Below, one piece after another: positions 26,391 to 32,000 of a stretch of DNA of 32,000 bases. The stretch is from Candidatus Saccharimonadota bacterium. GTDB taxonomy: Bacteria > Patescibacteriota > Patescibacteriia > 2-12-FULL-60-25. The notes below the pieces were generated by a model. The model worked only from the letters and a program-made list of their open reading frames with translations, was not told the DNA's origin and ran no database searches. Made by a program: the position numbers and the translations under genes. Position 1 is the stretch's first letter, and each line of letters starts with the position of its first letter. The stretch covers positions 210,001 through 242,000 of the forward strand of contig CP064964.1 in assembly GCA_016699205.1 (NCBI GenBank), written 5' to 3'.

Positions 26391-27846
26391 GGAATTCTTC
26401 ATCCTCCGTCGGCGGAGGCGAGATGCGGCGTCGGAGCCAGATGTAAGCCGTCTGTACATCATTCACGAGCAGCAGACGGAATAAGAATAAAGAGACGAGC
26501 GAGATCGCGCCGGCGAATAGGATCGCGAATATTGGCGTCATCACCGGCGTTAAGAAATAGACGGCGAGCCAAGTAAGTCCTGCGGCGCCTAGACCTTGTG
26601 CGAGCAGCTTGGATAACCAAGGCGAGTCGATGTCTGAGCGGGCAAACCACCAGCCGAGCGCAAAGAGTATCACAAAACTCACAACTCCGGCCCAGGCAGC
26701 ACCAGCGGGCCCCATCGACGGAATAAGCAAAGCGTTGGCGACAACGTTCACGATCATCGTCACTCCCATCGCGAATGTTTTTTGCGCGGCGCGATGTGTT
26801 GCATTCAAAAGCGAGCCGATCGGGAAATCGAGGAAAATAGGAATCAACACCCAAGGCAAAACCATGAGCGGCGCGATGGAGCCTTCAAATTGTTTTCCGT
26901 AGAGTATCGGAACAATAATGTAAGCAAGAGACGACAAGAGCGCCGATAACGGAACAGCCGCGATCATCATCAAGCGAAGCGAGCCCTTGAGCAGGCTTGG
27001 CAAGGCGGCGCGATCATTTTGCGCCGCGTTACTCATGCCCGGATAGAGGGCTGCGACGAATGCCAGCGGGAGAAACTGGAGCGCGTATGTTAATTTGTAC
27101 GCAACGGCATACTCCCCTACATCGACAGAACCATGCAGGCGCTGAAGCATGATGGAATCGACGTAAGAATAAATTTTTACGAAAATTCCGGCGAGACCAA
27201 AAGGAATTGCTGCCTGCAAAAGTTTTTGAAGCGGAGCAGAACCAGATTGCGGATAGAGTCCGAGCTTGAGTGCGCGTGAAATACTCCAACCGACATGCCA
27301 GGTACTGCCGACCATGAGTGAGAACACTAGGCCGAGAACGCCGTAGCCAAGATACGCGGCGCTAATACCAATGATCGCCGTCAGAATTTGGCCGACGAAC
27401 ATCCCCGCGGCTTCATAACGAAGCTCGCGCTTGCCGCGAATAGCTCCGTACCAAATCAGGTGGACGGAATCAGCGCTCATGACGTAACAAGCCATCGCCA
27501 CAGCGAGGAATGTTGTTCCGGTGATGCCGGTGAAAAAAGCGTAGGCAAGCGTTGCGACGACGGTGACCGGGATCAACAATAATTTAAGTCGCAGCGCTTG
27601 GCCTAAGACATGGCGTCCGCGCGATTCGTCAGCAGCCATTTCTCGGATGACAACGGGGGTCAAACCGAGGTCTTGGAAGACAACGAAGATCGAGGTGATG
27701 GAAACGGCAAAGAAATAGACGCCCGTGATCTCCACGCCGACGAGGCGAGCGATAATCGTGAAGGCGATGAAGGAGACGGCTTTTTGAGCCGTATTGGCGA
27801 TCACGAGCCAAGCCGCATTTTCAGCGATTTTTTTGGCGTGGGACAT
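26377..27846 (-). CDS. oligosaccharide/polysaccharide flippase (MOP/Wzx-like)
   Basis: 489 aa with about 12-14 hydrophobic helices. N-terminal KIAENAAWLVIANTAQKAVSFI is typical of the polysaccharide biosynthesis (Wzx) family. It is the first gene of the glycan cluster. Confidence 0.8.
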   Translation of the reverse strand: MSHAKKIAENAAWLVIANTAQKAVSFIAFTIIARLVGVEITGVYFFAVSITSIFVVFQDLGLTPVVIREMAADESRGRHVLGQALRLKLLLIPVTVVATLAYAFFTGITGTTFLAVAMACYVMSADSVHLIWYGAIRGKRELRYEAAGMFVGQILTAIIGISAAYLGYGVLGLVFSLMVGSTWHVGWSISRALKLGLYPQSGSAPLQKLLQAAIPFGLAGIFVKIYSYVDSIMLQRLHGSVDVGEYAVAYKLTYALQFLPLAFVAALYPGMSNAAQNDRAALPSLLKGSLRLMMIAAVPLSALLSSLAYIIVPILYGKQFEGSIAPLMVLPWVLIPIFLDFPIGSLLNATHRAAQKTFAMGVTMIVNVVANALLIPSMGPAGAAWAGVVSFVILFALGWWFARSDIDSPWLSKLLAQGLGAAGLTWLAVYFLTPVMTPIFAILFAGAISLVSLFLFRLLLVNDVQTAYIWLRRRISPPPTEDEEFHDKP

Positions 27847-27866
27847 GGCGATATCCTACACAATTC

Positions 27867-27895
27867 TTGACAATTTAGCCAAATTCTGGTATTTT
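27867..27895 (+). promoter_or_regulatory. sigma70-type promoter P1 (TTGACA - 17 nt - TGgTATTTT)
   Basis: TTGACA at 27867-27872, a 17-nt spacer ending in TG (27887-27888), and TATTTT at 27890-27895. It lies about 85 nt upstream of the GTG at 27982. Confidence 0.5.
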
Positions 27896-27981
27896 AATGC
27901 GTCGCTCTTTTCTGGGGCGATAAACCCAGGGCTAATGGCCCGTCCCGACGAAAGTCGAGATTAACCGTCATGAGGTGACAA

Positions 27982-28437
27982 GTGTTCGACGAATATACGG
28001 CTCGCACCAAGGCTCTTCGTATCCCCGTCGTGGCGAGCTATGCCTACGAGCTCGTCAATCAGATCATTCCGCTCAAGGGTCTCCCCCTCTCGGTACACAC
28101 CGAGTCGGTAGGAGGCAGCGGCGATCGGACCGACTCGGCGCGCTATCAGGTGAATCGCGCGCATCTCAACTTCCATGACATCCGCGTCGTGGCAGAAGTG
28201 CGCTCGTGGGAACCGAAGACATGGGAAGGCAACAAGCGCCGTAAGACGCTTCAGGGACTCAAGATCGAGTTCAAGAAGCCCGGCAACGAAGCAGACGGGC
28301 TTCTCGCCAGACTTCAGGCAAAGTTTCCGCTCACGGTCATCATCAAGAGCGAGACTTCGCCCGGAGCAAGACAAGTGATTGAGCTCGATCTTCAATGGAT
28401 GGTGGCAAACAGCCCTGAGCTTATCATCGCTTCCTAA
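27982..28437 (+). CDS. small hypothetical protein A (151 aa), paralog of protein C
   Basis: A GTG start is preceded by GAGGTG (27972-27977). The composition looks protein-like. It shares FH[DE][IL]R...VRSWE...EG..KR with gene C. No family recognised. Confidence 0.6.
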   Translation: MFDEYTARTKALRIPVVASYAYELVNQIIPLKGLPLSVHTESVGGSGDRTDSARYQVNRAHLNFHDIRVVAEVRSWEPKTWEGNKRRKTLQGLKIEFKKPGNEADGLLARLQAKFPLTVIIKSETSPGARQVIELDLQWMVANSPELIIAS

Positions 28438-28495
28438 CCAGGGCGTGATGCCCGGTTCGACGCAAGTCGGACTTTTCCCCCACGTGAGGTGGTTC

Positions 28496-28819
28496 ATGAG
28501 TACGTTGAAGATTCGGATTCCCAAGGACATCCGAGAGGCGCATCGCATCCTGGTCAAGAAGGTTTCCGACGTGCCGAGCGATCTTCCGCTCGACATCGAG
28601 GTCACACCGACCAACATCAGGATCGGCGATTTTGCGGGTGCTCCGTACACCCTCGAGCGGATCAAGTACGGATGGCCTGGCTTCCGTCTCGAAACGCACA
28701 TCCGCAAGTACGAGGATGGCAAGCGCTCGATCGATGACATCACGGTGAAACGATCCAAGGATCGACCCAAGAGCTACAGCAACGCCGATCTCTCTGATCT
28801 GCCAAGCTGGGACTCCTGA
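28496..28819 (+). CDS. small hypothetical protein B (107 aa)
   Basis: ATG at 28496 is preceded by GAGGTGG (28485-28491). It may share a weaker version of the A/C motif (FRLETHIRKYEDGKRSIDDITV). Confidence 0.6.
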   Translation: MSTLKIRIPKDIREAHRILVKKVSDVPSDLPLDIEVTPTNIRIGDFAGAPYTLERIKYGWPGFRLETHIRKYEDGKRSIDDITVKRSKDRPKSYSNADLSDLPSWDS

Positions 28820-28830
28820 CCTACTGACTC

Positions 28831-28868
28831 CCCCGCCATTCCATTCTGGAGTGGCGGGGTTTGTCGTT
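28831..28868 (+). terminator. intrinsic terminator after gene B
   Basis: CCCCGCCA (28831-28838) pairs with TGGCGGGG (28852-28859), followed by TTTGTCGTTT. Confidence 0.65.
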
Positions 28869-28878
28869 TCTAGAAGGC

Positions 28879-28907
28879 TTGACGATAAGCAAGATAGCTG
28901 CTATTTT
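28879..28907 (+). promoter_or_regulatory. sigma70-type promoter P2 (TTGACG - 17 nt - TGcTATTTT)
   Basis: TTGACG at 28879-28884, a 17-nt spacer ending in TG (28899-28900), and TATTTT at 28902-28907. The architecture is the same as P1. Confidence 0.5.
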
Positions 28908-28946
28908 TTTAACCCGTTCTTTTTTCCAACAAAGGAGATGTCTTTG

Positions 28947-29342
28947 ATGATCGAGCTGACCAATGGATCGCGTGCCAAGATCTCCCCTGCAACGAACATC
29001 GATCTCGAACAGGTCCTCGCCGTCATCAGAATTTTCCTGAACCTCGGGAATACCGCGATGCTCGAGCTGGGAAGTTCATGTGAGAGCGATGGGTGCGAAC
29101 CTATTCTCGGACACCATCAAACCATCGCAATTTGGTACCGATTTCACGAGCTGCGCATTGACCTCCGCGTCCGTTCCTGGGAAAGGCCCATCGACTCTGA
29201 AGGCGCCTGCAAGAGACTCGACTTCATGAGAGTCACCTATGGTCCGGAAACGAGACCACAGGTGTACCGCGACCAGAAGCCTGCCGCGCTGGAACTCCTC
29301 AGCAAACAGCTCTTCCTCAAGTCCTCCCGTTCGCCCTCCTGA
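28947..29342 (+). CDS. small hypothetical protein C (131 aa from ATG 28947), paralog of protein A
   Basis: AGGAG at 28933-28937 lies 9 nt before ATG 28947 (an alternative ATG is at 28938). The motif YRFHELRIDLRVRSWERPIDSEGACKR aligns with HLNFHDIRVVAEVRSWEPKTWEGNKRR of protein A. Confidence 0.6.
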   Translation: MIELTNGSRAKISPATNIDLEQVLAVIRIFLNLGNTAMLELGSSCESDGCEPILGHHQTIAIWYRFHELRIDLRVRSWERPIDSEGACKRLDFMRVTYGPETRPQVYRDQKPAALELLSKQLFLKSSRSPS

Positions 29343-29354
29343 CACGGAAGGATC

Positions 29355-29390
29355 AGGCCCTTGCACGCGCCACGCGTCATGGGCCTTTTA
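29355..29390 (+). terminator. intrinsic terminator after gene C
   Basis: AGGCCC (29355-29360) pairs with GGGCCT (29381-29386). There is an inner ACGCG/CGCGT extension. The hairpin is followed by TTTT. Confidence 0.5.
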
Positions 29391-29451
29391 CATACCCCGC
29401 TTTCTGGTACGAGAGATATGCGAGAAACATAAAACATGTAGCAAAAAAAAC

Positions 29452-29477
29452 AAAACCCCTCCAATCGGAGGGGTTTT
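29452..29477. terminator. bidirectional intrinsic terminator (serves rpsI on the minus strand and the plus-strand cassette)
   Basis: AAAACCCCTCC - AATC - GGAGGGGTTTT is a perfect 11-bp stem. It is flanked by an A-run on the left and a T-rich run on the right, so each strand sees a hairpin plus U-tract. Confidence 0.75.
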
Positions 29478-29496
29478 GTTTTGCGTTGATCGATAA

Positions 29497-30003
29497 TTAA
29501 CGCTTTGACCACTGCGGGCTGCGGCGAGCTTTCTTGAGACCTGGCTTCTTACGTTCCTTGGCACGCGGGTCGCGCATAAGGAAGCCGAGTTTCTTCAAAG
29601 TCTTGCGGTAGGTCGGGTTGAGCTCGATGAGAGCGCGGGAGATACCGAGACGGACCGCGTCGGCCTGGCCGAGCTGACCGCCGCCCTGAGCCTGAACGCT
29701 GACGTCGACCGAGCCTTCAAGACCAGCGGTCTTAATTGGCGAGTTGACCATGTCGCGGGACTCGTAGGTTGTGAAATACGATTCCATCGGCTTGCCGTTG
29801 ACCGTGATCGTGCCTTTGCCGTTCTTGATCAAGTAGACCTTGGCGATCGCCGTCTTGCGGCGTCCGAGGGCGTAAATGTAGGAACCGCCGACCAAGACTG
29901 GGTTCTCCGCAACTTCCGTTGCAGCTTCCTTTTTCTTGGCAGGAGCTTTCTTGGCAGCCGTCTTTTTTGCCGGCTTCTTGATTTCCGTGGTTTCCATAAT
30001 CAA
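29497..30003 (-). CDS. rpsI: 30S ribosomal protein S9 with a Lys/Ala-rich N-terminal extension
   Basis: C-terminal GGGQLGQADAVRLGISRAL...DPRAKERKKPGLKKARRSPQWSKR is canonical S9. The N-terminal ~38 aa are KKPAKKTAAKKAPAKKK-type. Confidence 0.95.
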   Translation of the reverse strand: MIMETTEIKKPAKKTAAKKAPAKKKEAATEVAENPVLVGGSYIYALGRRKTAIAKVYLIKNGKGTITVNGKPMESYFTTYESRDMVNSPIKTAGLEGSVDVSVQAQGGGQLGQADAVRLGISRALIELNPTYRKTLKKLGFLMRDPRAKERKKPGLKKARRSPQWSKR

Positions 30004-30006
30004 CTA

Positions 30007-30372
30007 TTAGGCAATAATAAGGCGCTTCAAACGCTCGTTCTGGGTGCGGTTCTTTGGGAGCATGTACTTGACGGCGTGTACCAAAATTTCTCCTGGGTTC
30101 TCCTTCATCAAACGGCTCATCGGGGTGGCCTTCACACCGCTTGGGCGGTTAGAGGAGCGGAAGTGGACTTTCTGTTCCATCTTCTTACCCGTGAGGACGA
30201 TCTTGTCGGCGTTCAAGACTTTAACGATCGCTCCGGCATCGATGTGCGGAACATACGTTGGCTTGTCTTTGCCGATGAGGATCTTGGCGATATGCGTTGC
30301 CAAACGGCCGACAACCTTGCCGGTTGCGTCGATGGTGACGGTTTCGCGCTTGATGTTCTTGATCGTGGACAT
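30007..30372 (-). CDS. rplM: 50S ribosomal protein L13 (short form, 121 aa)
   Basis: IDATGKVVGRLATHIAKIL and PHIDAGAIVKVLNADKIVLTGKK match L13. It lies directly upstream of rpsI, as usual. Confidence 0.9.
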   Translation of the reverse strand: MSTIKNIKRETVTIDATGKVVGRLATHIAKILIGKDKPTYVPHIDAGAIVKVLNADKIVLTGKKMEQKVHFRSSNRPSGVKATPMSRLMKENPGEILVHAVKYMLPKNRTQNERLKRLIIA

Positions 30373-30374
30373 AA

Positions 30375-30728
30375 TTATTTTACAAGCTGGATCTGGGCGA
30401 TTTCAGCACCATCTCCCTTGCGCGTACCAAGCTTCACGATGCGCGTGTAGCCGCCCGGACGGGTGGCGTAGCGCGGACCGAGTTCCTCGAGCACCTTGTT
30501 CACAGCCGACTCGCTCATAAGAACGGCGTTCAGCTGGCGGCGGGCGACGAGGCTCTTGGCCTTGCCTTTGGTAATCAAACGCTCGACAAACGGGCGGACG
30601 GCCTTGGCCTTGGCCAAAGTCGTGTTGACGTTCTCGTAGAGAACAATCGAAGTCGCCAAACCGCGCAGGAGGGCCCGGCGGGCACTCGCGTTGCGATCCA
30701 ATGTCTTTCCTACGCGGTTATGTTTCAT
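30375..30728 (-). CDS. rplQ: 50S ribosomal protein L17
   Basis: MKHNRVGKTLDRNASARRALLRGLATSIV...RPGGYTRIVKLGTRKGDGA is canonical L17. Confidence 0.95.
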   Translation of the reverse strand: MKHNRVGKTLDRNASARRALLRGLATSIVLYENVNTTLAKAKAVRPFVERLITKGKAKSLVARRQLNAVLMSESAVNKVLEELGPRYATRPGGYTRIVKLGTRKGDGAEIAQIQLVK

Positions 30729-30739
30729 AAGATTGAGAT

Positions 30740-31447
30740 TTAAGCGGTTTCTTCTGAGTAGGTCAAGTCCTTCAAGACGGAGATGTTATCCATCAAAATA
30801 ACGATGGACTGATTGACGGCGTCGAGCGGGTCGAGGGTGCCGTCGGTTTCAACGCGCAAAACAAGCTTGTCAAAGTCGATTTTCTCTCCGACGCGGGCCA
30901 TCTCGACCTTGTAGGAGACGTTCAAAACCGGGCTGTAGAGGGCGTCGATGGCAATCGTGCCCAACTCGGTCTTTTCCTTGTTGCGCTCTTCTGTGGAGCG
31001 GTAACCGCGGCCAGGGGCAACGGTGACTTCCATCTCAAGCGTCGCGGACGGGTCCGTGAGGGTCGCGATGTGAAGATCGGTGTTCACAACTTCAACCTGC
31101 GCGTCTTTGACAAAATCCTTGGCCGTGACGATTTTCTCGCCTTTGACGGACAAAGAGATCTTGATCGGCTCTTCCGAGAAGAGCTTTACGCGCAAAGCCT
31201 TGAGAGCAAGGATGATTTCCAAGACGTCTTCTTTGACATGCGGGATGGTCGAGAACTCGTGCTCGGCACCCTTGATGCGGACGGCTGTGACAGCGGCGCC
31301 CGGAAGGGAGGAGAGGAGAACGCGGCGCATGGCGTTGCCAAGCGTGGTGCCATAACCCTGTGCGCAAGGCTCAACGGTAAGGACGCCCTCATTAGGACGC
31401 TCACCGCGGTTAAACTTGATTTTGTTTGGGAGGAGGATCGATTCCAT
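30740..31447 (-). CDS. rpoA: DNA-directed RNA polymerase alpha subunit, N-terminal domain only (235 aa)
   Basis: GYGTTLGNAMRRVLLSSLPGAAVTAVRIKGAEHEFS is the canonical alpha-NTD. The ORF stops at 30740, 11 nt before rplQ, with no alpha-CTD encoded. Confidence 0.9.
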   Translation of the reverse strand: MESILLPNKIKFNRGERPNEGVLTVEPCAQGYGTTLGNAMRRVLLSSLPGAAVTAVRIKGAEHEFSTIPHVKEDVLEIILALKALRVKLFSEEPIKISLSVKGEKIVTAKDFVKDAQVEVVNTDLHIATLTDPSATLEMEVTVAPGRGYRSTEERNKEKTELGTIAIDALYSPVLNVSYKVEMARVGEKIDFDKLVLRVETDGTLDPLDAVNQSIVILMDNISVLKDLTYSEETA

Positions 31448-31480
31448 ATGATGGCGCTATGGATTAAAAAGGACAGTTGG

Positions 31481-32000
31481 TTAGCGAGAGTAGAACTCGA
31501 CGATCATCTTAGCGTCGAATGGCTGCTGCAACTCAACGCCGGTCGGGCGGCCAGTGACCTTGGCGGAGAGCGTCTTTGAGTCGATAGCCAACCAGGAAAG
31601 ATTTTCCTTCTTTGCCAATACTTCCTCAGCACCCTTCAAGTTCCCCTTGGCCTTCTTGTTGTCGCGGATCGCGATCACGTCTCCCGAGCGGACACGGTAG
31701 GACGGGATGTTGAGCTTCTTGCCGTTCACGATGAAGTGGGCGTGCGAAACAGCCTGGCGAGCGGCCGGGCGTGTCTTTGCAAAACCAGCGCGGTACACGA
31801 CGTTGTCGAGACGCGCTTCAAGTTCCTGCACAAGCATTTCTCCCGTGTTGCCCTTCTTCTTGGACACTTCGTCAAAGAGGTTGGCAAACTGGCGTTCATT
31901 CAAACCGTAGAGACGCTTGGCCTTTTGCTTCTCGCGGAGCTGCTTGCCGTAGTCGGTCAAGCGGGTACGGCTTTCTGGGCCGTGGGCGCCCGGAGCAAAT
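31481..32000 (-). CDS. rpsD: 30S ribosomal protein S4 (5' end beyond the right window edge)
   Basis: LTDYGKQLREKQKAKRLYGLNERQF and the S4 RNA-binding domain are present. The frame stays open upstream of the track's TTG at 31960 (…FAPGAHGPESRTRLTDYG…), so the gene continues past nt 32000. Confidence 0.9.
   Translation of the reverse strand, partial: FAPGAHGPESRTRLTDYGKQLREKQKAKRLYGLNERQFANLFDEVSKKKGNTGEMLVQELEARLDNVVYRAGFAKTRPAARQAVSHAHFIVNGKKLNIPSYRVRSGDVIAIRDNKKAKGNLKGAEEVLAKKENLSWLAIDSKTLSAKVTGRPTGVELQQPFDAKMIVEFYSR

Noticed and set aside
27902-27981. An ~80-nt leader upstream of gene A with small hairpins (GGGC-TAATG-GCCC; CGAC-GAAA-GTCG; GTCA-TGAGG-TGAC around the SD). Considered as a riboswitch or sRNA.
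   Set aside because: The stems are only 4 bp long. There is no resemblance to any riboswitch class I can recall. It cannot be supported without covariation data.
27961-28770. A 269-aa minus-strand ORF spanning genes A and B of the small-protein cassette.
   Set aside because: Its composition is Arg/Ser/Leu/Cys-rich, typical of an antisense shadow ORF. It runs straight across the A-B intergenic region. The plus strand has SD sites, two good promoters and terminators. No promoter or RBS is evident for the minus ORF.
27960-29350. The idea that the three-gene cassette is compositionally foreign (GC-rich).
   Set aside because: My spot counts in the cassette (34/60 at 28141-28200, 42/60 at 28081-28140) compare with 37/60 in one line of the neighbouring flippase gene (27001-27060), so they do not clearly separate the two. 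Only the R-M block shows a convincing, AT-rich deviation.
1-32000. A search by eye for CRISPR arrays, tRNA/rRNA/tmRNA genes, transposases, integrases and long inverted repeats.
   Set aside because: No regularly spaced repeats were found. The longest intergenic gaps (about 135-190 nt) lack tRNA-like arms. No recombinase-like ORF appears in any frame of the provided track.

Overview
This is a bacterial chromosomal segment with dense, mostly minus-strand coding. I saw no rRNA, tRNA or CRISPR. All family calls come from motifs read by eye, with no database search. Several housekeeping proteins are short (L13, an RpoA of only 235 aa, a motif-poor PriA), which suggests an uncultivated, reduced-genome lineage; this is inference only.

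Layout:
- 1-2076: a 5'-truncated hypothetical gene, a small ORF bracketed by hairpin repeats, and an SPFH/prohibitin gene.
- 2120-11332: a type I restriction-modification operon (hsdM ... hsdS ... hsdR). It also carries four tightly coupled non-hsd genes and a 35-codon remnant of a second hsdS. The four genes encode a NYN nuclease-like protein, a 237-aa protein with two hydrophobic segments, a 148-aa Cys-cluster protein, and a 474-aa ABC-type ATPase with an RNxxxH (HEPN-like) tail.
- 11375-13526: pirin, two tandem META-domain lipoproteins, and a HIT hydrolase.
- 13531-19317: envelope genes, including a GT-C-like membrane glycosyltransferase.
- 19322-22462: priA-def-fmt.
- 22459-27846: a surface-glycan cluster (lipoprotein, O-antigen-ligase-like, GT2, GT4, flippase).
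- 27867-29390: an oppositely oriented three-gene cassette of small paralogous unknown proteins with two near-identical promoters and their own terminators.
- 29497-32000: rpsI-rplM-rplQ-rpoA-rpsD.

The best candidate for an undescribed system is the cargo embedded in the type I R-M operon. Its layout recalls the E. coli prr locus (PrrC between hsdS and hsdR) but has different and additional components. Two families of short palindromic repeats also occur, and three of their copies sit in-frame inside protein-coding genes.
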